From a virus: a stretch of DNA of 64,000 nucleotides. Shown here piece by piece: positions 47,561 to 58,047 of this stretch. Within the stretch, counting starts at the first letter, position 1. The number at the start of each line of letters is the position of its first letter. A model generated the notes under the pieces. That model was not told the origin of the DNA and searched no databases. It worked only from the letters and a program-made list of their open reading frames with translations. The position numbers and the translations under genes were made by a program. The stretch lies in UHGV virus genome UHGV-0248979; one strand, 5' to 3'.

Positions 47561-49228
47561 ATCAACTAATTTATTGAACTTCCCGCCTTTTACAAGTGGG
47601 TTGGACTTGGCGCGTTTCAACACCGTTGCCATAGACCCTGCAGCCTTGCACCACATGTTAATCATATTTGCACTGTGCGCAACAGAATCCCAGACATTAC
47701 GGTCAGGGTTTAACACCATCATCGTGGTCAATTCACGACCGTGAATGTTAAAATTTTCCCTTCGCGTCACCTGGTCTTTAAACGCCTGTTCCATCGCCTG
47801 CCATTTCTCAGTGTCAACACCAGAACGTGACTGACGCGCCATCTCTTTCAGCGTTTTTACAACCTGATCGACACGTTTTTCCAACACTTTATACTTGTCC
47901 AGCGCAGTATTCGCCACACCGTCCGAGATACCACTACGTGCCAGCGTAATCAGACATGCTAACAGCTCACGATAGTCGCCGTTACTTAAGCTCAACTCCT
48001 GGCGCATCATCTCCAGGTTTGTTGTGGAGCCAAAGAAAGAGTTAACACCGACTGATGCAATCATCCAACCGTTGTCTAATTCACGTGTGGTATAACCGAG
48101 AAGCTCAACCTTGTCTTTTACACGCAAAATTGGGCCCGGGCTACCTTTCTGTCGACCGAACTCCGTGGCAGTAAATTCAATTCGGCCATTGATCTCACCT
48201 AACGCACGGACCAGATGCACCGCAGCAACTTGGTTCTCTTGCGACGTGCCTACCTTCGGGTTATTTGACAGGTAGTAAGTTTTGATATCTTTCAGCGACT
48301 GGTCTAAGTCCTGAAGCGCACGAGCAAAACTGTCAAGAATCATGCTCATTAGGTTGAACTGGGTATCTGACGGAATGTTCACCCCAGCACGTTTCACATC
48401 AGGTGGCAAGCCATTATAGACTTCCTCAGCAACCCCGAAATCAAATACACCGTAACCGATGTTCGTCCGTAGCAGCGTATCTAGCAGATCCTGAATAACC
48501 TGCAGCTCATTCTGACGTCGTTTAAGGTGGTTCTTAAACGTATCGATAAACGGCGATTTCCCTAACGCGGCAGCGAGTTTATTTAGAAACTCTTCAGCTT
48601 CCATGTTCACGAAAACATCGTCGGCCAGTGAAAGAGATAACTCCAGGTTGCTTAACTCGCTGTCTTTCAAACCTTTTGACAGTACCAGATAAACTTCTTT
48701 CAGTACAGTAGTTTTCAAGCGCTCTGTGAAAGGAACATCGGCCAGCTTCTCTTCCAGTTTCTCGCGATAGTCGTTCCCGTCAATGTTCGCAGCGCCCGCA
48801 AAAGGAACAGCGTTGCTGATAATCCAACTGAGGATTTTCATTATCCCCATCATCACCATCACGATAAGGCTAATCTTACCGAAATTAGCGTAAGACTCTA
48901 ATGCCACCACCGTTTCTTTCTGGTGTGTTTTGGAATAATTCGACGTCAGTACACTTTGTACAGCCTTCGGGATCGTGCCAGGACGCAAAGATTCAGTCGC
49001 TACAGCAACATCACGGTTCAATCCTGCTTTACGGATTTCACGCAGAATCGCTTCAATCTGTGCGATAAGACGAGAACCGTAGATCAGGTCTGCTTCATTA
49101 CGCTGCATGTAGAGATTGAGTTGGCTAACAGAATCGATTCGTTCTTCCATACGTTGTTCTAATAACGCAGGAAGTTCATCGAGTTTCCACTGCGGTTGCG
49201 CAATGTTTGCCATCATCTCCATGCTCAT
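47558..49228 (-). CDS. hypothetical protein with one hydrophobic segment
   Basis: 556-aa ORF, ATG at 49228 verified; hydrophobic ISLIVMVMMGIMKILSWIISNAV. Confidence 0.5.
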   Translation of the reverse strand: MSMEMMANIAQPQWKLDELPALLEQRMEERIDSVSQLNLYMQRNEADLIYGSRLIAQIEAILREIRKAGLNRDVAVATESLRPGTIPKAVQSVLTSNYSKTHQKETVVALESYANFGKISLIVMVMMGIMKILSWIISNAVPFAGAANIDGNDYREKLEEKLADVPFTERLKTTVLKEVYLVLSKGLKDSELSNLELSLSLADDVFVNMEAEEFLNKLAAALGKSPFIDTFKNHLKRRQNELQVIQDLLDTLLRTNIGYGVFDFGVAEEVYNGLPPDVKRAGVNIPSDTQFNLMSMILDSFARALQDLDQSLKDIKTYYLSNNPKVGTSQENQVAAVHLVRALGEINGRIEFTATEFGRQKGSPGPILRVKDKVELLGYTTRELDNGWMIASVGVNSFFGSTTNLEMMRQELSLSNGDYRELLACLITLARSGISDGVANTALDKYKVLEKRVDQVVKTLKEMARQSRSGVDTEKWQAMEQAFKDQVTRRENFNIHGRELTTMMVLNPDRNVWDSVAHSANMINMWCKAAGSMATVLKRAKSNPLVKGGKFNKLVD

Positions 49229-49668
49229 ACCAGTTTGCCTCGCGTTTCATCCATATAGAATTTCACCGTTTCCATGAAGCGTTCCAGCCACAGGTTAACG
49301 GTATCCCATACATCATCGCCCAGCGCTTCATTGAAAATCTCACGAACAGAGAAATTCTCAATAGCGCGACGACCGCCCCAAGCACTGTCGTAACGGTTAC
49401 AGAATAGCCCAACGGTCAAATCTTCGATGCTGCCCAGGTCGACACAATAGAGTTCATTCACATCGGACACAACGTTTTTCATCAGCGGACGAAGTTTAAG
49501 TTGTGCTACCTCATTCGCTCCCAGTGGTCCATTATCGGGCATATCGGCGTTATACGCCAGTGTGAATGCAACCAGGCCAGTCAGAGCACGTTGTGCCTGT
49601 ACTCCCTTACCCTCGTTCGTACGTTTAAAGTCCAGAACTAAGGAGTTTAAAGAAACTTTATGCGTCAT
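49225..49668 (-). CDS. hypothetical protein
   Basis: 147-aa ORF overlapping downstream start by 4 nt. Confidence 0.45.
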   Translation of the reverse strand: MTHKVSLNSLVLDFKRTNEGKGVQAQRALTGLVAFTLAYNADMPDNGPLGANEVAQLKLRPLMKNVVSDVNELYCVDLGSIEDLTVGLFCNRYDSAWGGRRAIENFSVREIFNEALGDDVWDTVNLWLERFMETVKFYMDETRGKLV

Positions 49669-49682
49669 GATTTTACCTTTAC

Positions 49683-51017
49683 TTATTCGACATTAAACAT
49701 GGCTGAAGCAATACGAAGGTCGTTCGACATGTACTTCCCGATTGCACGCTGATAGTCCACAGCAGCACGTGAACGACGACCCTTCGGCGTCAAGGTATTC
49801 CAGATAAACTGATACAGATTATCTTTGTCTTTTACCGTTTCTAACAACTTGTCGATAACCGCAATACCATCCAGAATACGTTTACGTTGTTCGTTAGCAG
49901 CTTTCGTATTCTTGTCTTTAATCGTATTGAGTTCTTCAACGAGTGTACGACGCATCGCCTCAAAACGCTGCTGCGGCGGATCGTAAATGGTGTTATCCGG
50001 GTCATTTAAGATCATTCCGAACGTCACAGAGATCACCGGAATAATTGGAATCGTAGAAGAAACTATCAGCGCAGTCACGCGGAAAAGCTCCAGTGTCAAA
50101 TGGACACCCATGTTCATATACGCTGAGTTCCGCAGCAAATAGAACGGACTGGTTTCCATTTTATACAGTGCCGAGGCCAGATAAGGAGCGCCGCCAAAGC
50201 GGGAAGCAAAATCATCCGCAGCACGTTCCCATGTCCTGTTAGCAAAGCCTTGACTGCCGCTAATGTACGGACGATCTAATAACAGCTGTGTGACTAGGTG
50301 CATATAGACGTTTTCTTTTTTGTACTCAGTACAAATCGTTTCCGGCTGATTCACTTTCGTGTTCAGCATCTTTTCCACGTCTTTAACGATACGCAGGCGG
50401 ACAGTTTGGTCTTCCGTTTCCATAATGCGGTTAGCCGCAGCATCTGCCAGCAAATCAGTCACTACAGTGCGCATCAGCGTACGGAAATAATAGTAGATGT
50501 GGCCCACCTCGTGAAGAACCACCGAAGCGATCTCCAGATCGGCCAAGTTTAGTTTTTCCAGCAGCACCGGGGTAAGGTAAAGCGGAGAACCCACTTTGCT
50601 CAGGTCACCACTGATTTTTGCACTGCTGTCATCGATTGTTGTGTTTAACTCGTTTTCTTTGATGAACTTACTGTACATATCCAGGTCTTTGTTACCTGCG
50701 TACAGTGCACGAGTCATCGATGCGATGATTGGGCTGTTTGCATCCAATTTCGGTGGTTCTACACCTGCAAAAGCAACGTCAGCAAGACCCAGTTCGCTAC
50801 CGTTCTTAAAGTGAATCGTAATGCCGATATTCTTAAATACCCAATCCGAAACCCCGGCACTTTCGTAGCCCGCAGGACTGAAATCGCCTGCCCCACGAAA
50901 CTTAGCAATAACATCAGCCAATTCTGCCAGCTTCTTTTTGTCTTGGAATTTAATCGATTCTGCGGCTACAACCTTTGCATCCGCAACTGATGCAATGTGA
51001 TTTTGCCAATATCCCAT
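49683..51017 (-). CDS. hypothetical protein with HExxH motif (possible zinc metallopeptidase)
   Basis: Track ORF 49683-51050 (GTG); ATG at 51017 preceded by AAGGAA preferred; contains VVLHEVGHIYY and a C-terminal hydrophobic stretch. Confidence 0.4.
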   Translation of the reverse strand: MGYWQNHIASVADAKVVAAESIKFQDKKKLAELADVIAKFRGAGDFSPAGYESAGVSDWVFKNIGITIHFKNGSELGLADVAFAGVEPPKLDANSPIIASMTRALYAGNKDLDMYSKFIKENELNTTIDDSSAKISGDLSKVGSPLYLTPVLLEKLNLADLEIASVVLHEVGHIYYYFRTLMRTVVTDLLADAAANRIMETEDQTVRLRIVKDVEKMLNTKVNQPETICTEYKKENVYMHLVTQLLLDRPYISGSQGFANRTWERAADDFASRFGGAPYLASALYKMETSPFYLLRNSAYMNMGVHLTLELFRVTALIVSSTIPIIPVISVTFGMILNDPDNTIYDPPQQRFEAMRRTLVEELNTIKDKNTKAANEQRKRILDGIAVIDKLLETVKDKDNLYQFIWNTLTPKGRRSRAAVDYQRAIGKYMSNDLRIASAMFNVE

Positions 51018-51088
51018 TTGTGTTTCCTTTTGAGAAATTACATTACCCACAAATCAGTATAGCAGCCGCTAGATTTGAGAGTGAAATC

Positions 51089-52870
51089 ATGAATAACTAT
51101 TACGCACCGGAAGACGTTATTGCCAAGGAGTGCAAGTTTGTTTCTTACGCAACCGATCAGCAGAAAGAAAACGACTTCGTGCTCATAAAGGAGGTCGTCC
51201 ATACTAAAGATGGCAGATATATCCCACGAATTGTCATGCGTGAAAATCTGAAACGTCCCATCTACATTACTTTACCACAACATCGTAACCACAAGGAAAA
51301 GAAGGAATACGAGGAACGTAGTAAGTGTCAGGAATATTTAACAACGGATGTAATGATGTCCTCAACCATACAGATGGGTTTGGGGATTCGTTTTCCCGAC
51401 AAAAAGAAACCACTCCGCCAAGTTTGTACTTCACCGTTTGTTTACTGGGCCGATTTGCCCATTACGAGCTGGATTAAAGAAAAGTACACGCGTAAGTGGC
51501 CTAATGCTGTTTCACCCAACCGCATCTGTGTATACGACGTGGAAACTCGAGAAGAAGACAAATCTCGAGACCCCTGGATTATGAGTTTTGTTTTAGACGA
51601 CGAGATTCATTTCTTTGCTACGAAAGACTATGTCACACGCTGCGGACGTGAAAACTTTGAAGCGCGACTCGTCAATCGTGCTCAGGAATTGCTTTCTAAA
51701 ATCGCTTTTCGTGGGAAAGACGAGGACGACAATCCTATCGTTAAATACAAAAACGTTATCGACGGTTACAAAATCTTCGTTTACGAATGTCTCAATTCGG
51801 GTTGTTGTATTCAACGGATGTTTGAGGAAATTCACCCTCGTCTCCCTGACTTACTCGTCGCATGGAACCACGAGTTCGATATTTCACGTATGTTAGAAGC
51901 TTTAGAAGCAGCGGGCATTCCACCGGAAGACGTCTTCTGTCATCCAGACGTGCCGAAACAGTACCGTCGCGTCTACTTTAAGAAAGACGAAGCATCGAAG
52001 AAAACGGAATCAAAGTCACTAACAAAAGCACCTTCACAGCAGTGGCACATTCTTTATTGCACGGCGTCATTCTACTGTGTAGATGCGATGTGTCTATTCC
52101 GTTCATTGCGTGTACACGAAGGGCAACGTCCTTCTTACAAACTTAACGCGATACTGGAAACCGAGTTGGGTTTAAACAAGTTAGACTTACCGGATTTACC
52201 CTACGAGGAAAGATTGGAATGGCACTTAAAGGCACAGAAAGATTTCCCGTTAGAATACTGCGTTTATAACATCTTCGATAACCTGATGATTGTTCTGCTT
52301 GATAAAAAGACGAACGATCTGTCTTCTGCTATTTCAGTGTTGGCAGGTTATTCGATGTACGATATCTTCCCTTCTCTGCCGAAGCGAATCTGTATTGCGT
52401 ACACGTACTACCTCTATGAACAAGGTCTGGTTATCGGCTGTGTGGGTAGCGCGATGCGTAACGATTTTGACAATGAAGTCATTGGGACAGACGGTTGGAT
52501 TGTTACATTGACCGCGTGTATGAACGCAGAGAATGGCCTACGAAACATCATCAAGGAGGTTGATGATTTCTACACGGCTTTCCGTGGTCAAACCGCAGAT
52601 GCTGACTTAACCCAGGCATACCCATCCGCAACAAACATGATGAACCAGTCTCGTGAGACGACGTTAATCGAGTTATTAAGCATTCACGGTGTTCCTGAAG
52701 AAGTACGGCGTCGCGTCGGTATTAACCTTACTGCAGGTCGCGTTAACGCAATGGAGATCGCGACAGATTTCTTCCTATTACCCGATAAAAACGACGTCTT
52801 AGAAGCCTTTCTACGTCGACAAGGAGAAGCAATTACCGATCCTTTTGAATACATCAAAGCCGCAAAGTAA
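51089..52870 (+). CDS. family-B DNA polymerase fragment: 3'-5' exonuclease domain plus motif A
   Basis: Track ORF 50975-52870; ATG at 51089 preferred. Exo I-like YDVETRE, Exo II-like WNHEFDISRM, Exo III-like YNIFD, motif A-like DLTQAYPS; ORF stops before motifs B/C and is followed by a terminator. Confidence 0.6.
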   Translation: MNNYYAPEDVIAKECKFVSYATDQQKENDFVLIKEVVHTKDGRYIPRIVMRENLKRPIYITLPQHRNHKEKKEYEERSKCQEYLTTDVMMSSTIQMGLGIRFPDKKKPLRQVCTSPFVYWADLPITSWIKEKYTRKWPNAVSPNRICVYDVETREEDKSRDPWIMSFVLDDEIHFFATKDYVTRCGRENFEARLVNRAQELLSKIAFRGKDEDDNPIVKYKNVIDGYKIFVYECLNSGCCIQRMFEEIHPRLPDLLVAWNHEFDISRMLEALEAAGIPPEDVFCHPDVPKQYRRVYFKKDEASKKTESKSLTKAPSQQWHILYCTASFYCVDAMCLFRSLRVHEGQRPSYKLNAILETELGLNKLDLPDLPYEERLEWHLKAQKDFPLEYCVYNIFDNLMIVLLDKKTNDLSSAISVLAGYSMYDIFPSLPKRICIAYTYYLYEQGLVIGCVGSAMRNDFDNEVIGTDGWIVTLTACMNAENGLRNIIKEVDDFYTAFRGQTADADLTQAYPSATNMMNQSRETTLIELLSIHGVPEEVRRRVGINLTAGRVNAMEIATDFFLLPDKNDVLEAFLRRQGEAITDPFEYIKAAK

Positions 52871-52920
52871 AAAAAATAAACGTTACCCTACTCCCGATGG
52901 GAGTAGGGTAATACTTTTAT
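52871..52920. terminator. bidirectional terminator between convergent genes
   Basis: A-rich run, stem GTTACCCTACTCC...GGAGTAGGGTAAT, T-rich run. Confidence 0.7.
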
Positions 52921-53426
52921 GCCGCGTTGAAGCAGTAAGCCAGTAAGTGTTGCAGCTCTGGATCGGTCACACGTTGTACCAAACGACCAACGTTGTCACG
53001 CTGAGCGAAGTTTGCTTTATCCTGGGAATTTGCGAAACGTACTAACATATTGATGAACACGACGTATGTTTCACGTTCGGCGGAATCGTAAAACCAATCT
53101 AAATGGTAGTTCACATTCGGATAGTAGAAGATACCGCGCTTGTGTTTAATTGCAGCTTCAACGAACACGTTGAAAGCATCAACGAACGCCTGACCGCGTA
53201 GTTCAAATAACGAACGGAACGATTGATGCAGCTTACGGAAAGCATCGTCAGCTTCTGGAGTATCTTTCGGTTTATTTTGGCTAATTGCCGCGCCAGCCTC
53301 ATCGAGCTGGGTAGCAATAAGTCGCACCTGGTACGCGTCATCTTGGCTGTAATTTACCGCATTTTCCTCAGCACGTCTTACAGCTGACGGACGCTCGTCT
53401 TGTGTCGAAATATCTTTAGTTGCCAT
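52917..53426 (-). CDS. hypothetical protein
   Basis: 169-aa ORF; terminator downstream. Confidence 0.45.
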   Translation of the reverse strand: MATKDISTQDERPSAVRRAEENAVNYSQDDAYQVRLIATQLDEAGAAISQNKPKDTPEADDAFRKLHQSFRSLFELRGQAFVDAFNVFVEAAIKHKRGIFYYPNVNYHLDWFYDSAERETYVVFINMLVRFANSQDKANFAQRDNVGRLVQRVTDPELQHLLAYCFNAA

Positions 53427-53439
53427 TGGCTAATAATCC

Positions 53440-54759
53440 TTACGTAATGTGGATCGATGGATTAAATTCGTGTACCACAGTCTCTTTACCGTGCATCGCG
53501 GCCATTGCCACGGACATAACGTTAGAGAACGCCGAGGATATATCCGCAGCGATTGCACGAGGTTCTTCCCCTTTATTCGCAGACGAACACGCTGTGCAGG
53601 TGTCGATGTGGCCATACTGACATAAGATGGGTCGGCGTAACCGCACCACCTTACCTAACTGCTGCTTTAAATATTCTTCAGACAGTGGTGTCAGTTTACC
53701 ATTAACCATCGCATTCATCCCAACGTAACGTTTTACGTTATCTTCGGTAATCACAACCGGGTACGTTAGTTTCGTTCCGCAGTCGCCAGGGACGATTCGG
53801 TGGTTCTGGAAAATCATCTGGATAATACGTACCTGCTCACCCCCTTTCGCTGTTTCCGCACCACGAGAGAATGAACCTTCACGAATAGAGTTGAATTTCG
53901 CAACCAGGTTTTCCATCCCCGCCTTATCAACCTCAACTAACGCGTTCGGAATGAGCGTATAATGCCCCCCTTCCTGAAAAGACGATTCAATACCGTACAT
54001 CAGCATTAATTTACGTCGACGCATCCGTGATTTCGGCGAGTTATAAAACTCAATAGATTGGTCACCTGACAACCACTCTTTGTCTAACTCATCCAACGCT
54101 TTTTCAATCTTAACGATAACGGCAGGATCGTCTAATTCATCCTTGTGCTTCAACAGCAACGCATCGCGGATTTTATACGCATCAGGATGCACCGTAAGGC
54201 TTCGTAACGTACCGGTTGGTGCAATACCTGACGTGAGTGGAGCGAGTTCGTGTAAGCCGCTTACGAAGCGTTCGATCATACTCGGTCGAATCGCACCTTC
54301 GTTTTCTGGCTCATCGGATTCATGGTCTAAACAACGCCGATGCATCTCTTTGCGGTATTCCAACGGGTTTTGTGAAATCGCCAGATAGGGTAAACGTGTA
54401 CCGAAAGCATACCAGATAACAATCCAGTTAAAAACGTATCGTCCTACTGTCGTGGGGATAGGACCTTCTAAACCGGGATAGTCGTCGGGACGGAGTTCGA
54501 ACTGTTCTTCAGGAATAAACAGCTCCTGATCCTTTACACCATCGGTAATCGGTTCCCAACTGCCCTTGCCGTCTTCTACAGCGTAATAATGCGGTAAGCC
54601 GTCAATGTACGTAATATCAAACGCTTCGGGTTCTTCACGCCCAGTTGGAAACACCGACATGTTAAAGATAGCAATACGCCAGACCAAGCGACGCCATGCT
54701 TCGGCTTTACATGCCGCTACTAAGAACTCAAACCTCGTCATCGTGCTCTGCCTCCTCAA
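53440..54759 (-). CDS. hypothetical protein
   Basis: 439-aa ORF; contains KLMLMYG, faintly like polymerase motif B, but no YGDTDS-like motif C. Confidence 0.5.
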   Translation of the reverse strand: MRRQSTMTRFEFLVAACKAEAWRRLVWRIAIFNMSVFPTGREEPEAFDITYIDGLPHYYAVEDGKGSWEPITDGVKDQELFIPEEQFELRPDDYPGLEGPIPTTVGRYVFNWIVIWYAFGTRLPYLAISQNPLEYRKEMHRRCLDHESDEPENEGAIRPSMIERFVSGLHELAPLTSGIAPTGTLRSLTVHPDAYKIRDALLLKHKDELDDPAVIVKIEKALDELDKEWLSGDQSIEFYNSPKSRMRRRKLMLMYGIESSFQEGGHYTLIPNALVEVDKAGMENLVAKFNSIREGSFSRGAETAKGGEQVRIIQMIFQNHRIVPGDCGTKLTYPVVITEDNVKRYVGMNAMVNGKLTPLSEEYLKQQLGKVVRLRRPILCQYGHIDTCTACSSANKGEEPRAIAADISSAFSNVMSVAMAAMHGKETVVHEFNPSIHIT

Positions 54760-55594
54760 CCCGATAAATTACCCGTAGGCTTTTTAATGCAGGTTGTAAA
54801 ACAGTAATGGGTTGTAACCCATTATTATTAAGTTTCTCTAAGTTCGTCGAAAGATCAGCATACGCGTCATCGAAGTCATCGTTATCGATAATCGAAAGTC
54901 CTACCGTATACATCTCGAGCAATTCTGTTTCGCTGTAATCCTCGACGTCAAAGACTAACGATTGTTGGACAACCGTCAAATCAGGATCTTCAGGTAAGTT
55001 TAAGAATACGAACGCAGAGGGGTTTTGCGGATAAAGACGCAAGTATTCTGCAATACGCGTCAGACGTACATCGTTACCTACAGCGAGTTGCTCATCCACA
55101 ACCATAGCTGAGAGATAATTACGCATCACTGTCATTACACGGGGTGAAACACGAATGACCAAATCTTCAAAATGGATATTATCGTCGCCGTACACGTAAC
55201 GGCAGATACTTTCCAGGATAAACTCTGGCGTTTCTCCAGACATCACGAGACCGTATAACGTATCGGTGTCTTCGAACTCTTCGAATTTAGACGTAATGCC
55301 GTCTAGAATACGTACGGTCTCTTTCGGTTTACGGAAAACTTCTTGTGGGTTTAAAGCAACGCCTAAACGGTTACCTAACGCCACTGCGCATTTTACAATA
55401 ATCCCTTCCAGTCTTACGGTTTCGTCGGCAGGATCAGACGACGGTTGCCAATACACATCGCTTAACGCAACATCGTAACCGTAATCCATGCACAGCGTTA
55501 CTAAGTCCAGGAAAGGCGCAGCACGTTCTTCCGCACGATTGACGGTAAGAACGGCAGCGTAATCGGTATAAATGTCAATCATAGCCTTTTCCAA
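54728..55594 (-). CDS. hypothetical protein (acidic)
   Basis: 288-aa ORF; no motif recognised. Confidence 0.45.
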   Translation of the reverse strand: MEKAMIDIYTDYAAVLTVNRAEERAAPFLDLVTLCMDYGYDVALSDVYWQPSSDPADETVRLEGIIVKCAVALGNRLGVALNPQEVFRKPKETVRILDGITSKFEEFEDTDTLYGLVMSGETPEFILESICRYVYGDDNIHFEDLVIRVSPRVMTVMRNYLSAMVVDEQLAVGNDVRLTRIAEYLRLYPQNPSAFVFLNLPEDPDLTVVQQSLVFDVEDYSETELLEMYTVGLSIIDNDDFDDAYADLSTNLEKLNNNGLQPITVLQPALKSLRVIYRVEEAEHDDEV

Positions 55595-55616
55595 TACAAG
55601 GGGTTCATACCAAAGC

Positions 55617-55658
55617 GAAAAAAAAAAGAAAAAGCTAAGGGAGTCGTAAAGACTCCCT
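55617..55658 (-). terminator. intrinsic terminator
   Basis: A-run then AAGGGAGTC-GTAAA-GACTCCCTT; adjacent to stop at 55664. Confidence 0.6.
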
Positions 55659-55663
55659 TATAC

Positions 55664-55969
55664 TTAATTTTTCAGCTTAAGTTCTTTCTCCAAACCTTGT
55701 AGCTCTGGATCACCGGCAGTAACGTCACTCATGACTTTCTTAATCGCGGCTTTACGTCGATTAAGCACACGGAGCATCATCAAAATCTCCCACCGTGGTC
55801 GATTTAACCACTCGTCGAAGGTCATTCTGAAATGCTCACCTATCTGCTCGCGCAGATACACTTCCATCCAGATTTCATACAGACTCCCATATTCGGGGTT
55901 TTCGAAATCTGATAAGCCAACATGTCTCGTCCCGGTATCTAGTCCGACCGATAAATCGTACGCACCCAA
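55664..55969 (-). CDS. hypothetical protein
   Basis: 101-aa ORF with terminator directly downstream. Confidence 0.4.
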   Translation of the reverse strand: MGAYDLSVGLDTGTRHVGLSDFENPEYGSLYEIWMEVYLREQIGEHFRMTFDEWLNRPRWEILMMLRVLNRRKAAIKKVMSDVTAGDPELQGLEKELKLKN

Positions 55970-56085
55970 AAGCTCATCGTGGGCTTCCTGATAAGTTATC
56001 GGGCGCGTGCTACGTTGTTTGAACAGTGAGGTGGTATCAAGCTTAAGCGTATTAATGACGTGATCCGAAGGAATCTCGTTCGGGT

Positions 56086-58044
56086 CTAGCCAATAACGGC
56101 GTATTGATCCCTCAGATACCGCTGAATCTCGGACACCACTCGAGATAGCTCGAAAAAAACGCGGTCCGGTGAGATCGTCACGATACCACGGTAAGTGCCT
56201 TCTTTCTCGCCTTCATGCGTTTTGCCGCACGACGGACATTTCTGTCCCATATATCCGAACACCGCCAAACGACTACGTTCGTTATAGTTCGCCGCAGCCG
56301 CCTCAAACTCATACACATAATGACGATCGGAAGACAGCTCCTCCAGAATCTGGATAATCTTATCGGTATCCGTTTCTGTGGTGCTTACCTCACGAACTTC
56401 ATCGTCCTGCACAACTTCTTCAGTTACTGTAATGGATTCCACCATATACGCATAACGTGTTAGGCGACGTGCTTCGGTAATGAGACGAAGATGATCTTCA
56501 CGCTCACGTTCGGTACCTTTCTCAGCCAATGCAGATGTAGACGCGGTGTTGTTCTCTTCGACCCAACGTTCCGTATTGTCAAAGAACTTACCTAACGTCG
56601 AACGGCCGAATTTAACGGTAATACCATCGCTTACGAATGTCGCAGACGGATCTTTCAGATGTTCTTCAACAAACTTACGTTGCTCCAAACGACTGATCGT
56701 AACGTCTTCTTTACCGCGCTGCTGGGCCCACAGGCTACGCTGCATATCGGTGTAAAGTGACGTACCCATACGGATACAACGAGCCAGGTTCAGACGAATG
56801 TCTTCCTGATAGCCGCAACCCTCATGGCCACAGATTAACGTCCACGGCAAACCACCCGGATATTTCGCTTGCATCACGCCAATCAGCAACAGCCAATAAT
56901 CCGCAAGATCGATAGTATCCAACAGCACAGTCTTCATGTCGTTCCCTTCGCAATCCAACGTGCAGTCGGTGACGAAGCGTAACGCAAATTCAACCATATG
57001 GCTTAAATAGATACCCGAAGACGCAGATAACATCAGACCGTAAGTCTGCATACCGATTTTTGCAGTTTCCAGGGTCAGCTGAATATCAAAATCACAGATT
57101 TCGCGTTCTAACGGTGCGCGGAAACCTACGAAGATGCCCGTTGCGGGTAACCATACCCAGTTAGGGATACCTGACTTACGGCGACGACGAAGTGCCGCAA
57201 TGGCACCAGTGTGCTGGCTGTTACGTGGCGTAATGAAGCCAACCGGCTTAGACATTCCCGGCAACTGCACACGCTGTTCCCAGGCGGTATCTTCACGAGA
57301 CAATGCACCATCGAACGCTTGCTGTTGGTTTTGTAAACGCGGCGGCATCATGTTCAATGCACGATACAAACGCTCGTACAGATCGCGCTGTTCTTCCGAT
57401 TTAAACAAGAGTCGACCGTCATTACCACGCGGAACGCTGGAAAAGAATTTCTTCAGCTCGCTACCGATGAGATTAGGGTCTTCACGTAAACCAATCAGTG
57501 TATTGAACTCTGTCAGAACTCGACCTGGGTCGTCTTCGGGCAATTCACTGATCTCTTCGTGCGGTGGTTGCGTACCGAAATTCACATGGTGTTCAGCCGG
57601 TTGTTCTTTCACTGCCGGTGACGCTTCAGGTTCGTGATCAGCGGCAATCTGCGAACCTTCAATCGCCTGAGGAACGTAAGGTTCTTCGACTTTCTTTTCT
57701 ACCGCAGGCTCAGGTTTGTGTACGGCAGGGGCAGCATCGGTTTGCTGAATAACCGGTTCAACGACGACGGGTTCTGGCTCGGTAATTGTCACTACCGGAG
57801 CAGGTTCTTCTTCATAAACCGGTTTAGGTAGAACGGGTTCTTCAGCAGGTTTCGCTTTTACGAGATTGTGATACATCTCTTCTGCTTGAGCAAATGAAAA
57901 TTGGGGATTACTGCGCTTGATTGCCATAATCCCATCGTCGGCGGACATCGTAGACAAGTCAACCTCGGGCACGACGACATGAGGTGCGTCTTCCTGAGCC
58001 CGACGACGCCCATTGCCTGGGCGTTGGTCTAAAGTATCTGACAT
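56086..58044 (-). CDS. hypothetical protein with Pro/Glu-rich N-terminal region and Cys clusters
   Basis: 652-aa ORF; N-terminal PEPV-type low complexity; CGHEGCG and CPSCGKTHEG cysteine clusters. Confidence 0.5.
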   Translation of the reverse strand: MSDTLDQRPGNGRRRAQEDAPHVVVPEVDLSTMSADDGIMAIKRSNPQFSFAQAEEMYHNLVKAKPAEEPVLPKPVYEEEPAPVVTITEPEPVVVEPVIQQTDAAPAVHKPEPAVEKKVEEPYVPQAIEGSQIAADHEPEASPAVKEQPAEHHVNFGTQPPHEEISELPEDDPGRVLTEFNTLIGLREDPNLIGSELKKFFSSVPRGNDGRLLFKSEEQRDLYERLYRALNMMPPRLQNQQQAFDGALSREDTAWEQRVQLPGMSKPVGFITPRNSQHTGAIAALRRRRKSGIPNWVWLPATGIFVGFRAPLEREICDFDIQLTLETAKIGMQTYGLMLSASSGIYLSHMVEFALRFVTDCTLDCEGNDMKTVLLDTIDLADYWLLLIGVMQAKYPGGLPWTLICGHEGCGYQEDIRLNLARCIRMGTSLYTDMQRSLWAQQRGKEDVTISRLEQRKFVEEHLKDPSATFVSDGITVKFGRSTLGKFFDNTERWVEENNTASTSALAEKGTEREREDHLRLITEARRLTRYAYMVESITVTEEVVQDDEVREVSTTETDTDKIIQILEELSSDRHYVYEFEAAAANYNERSRLAVFGYMGQKCPSCGKTHEGEKEGTYRGIVTISPDRVFFELSRVVSEIQRYLRDQYAVIG

Positions 58045-58047
58045 TAA

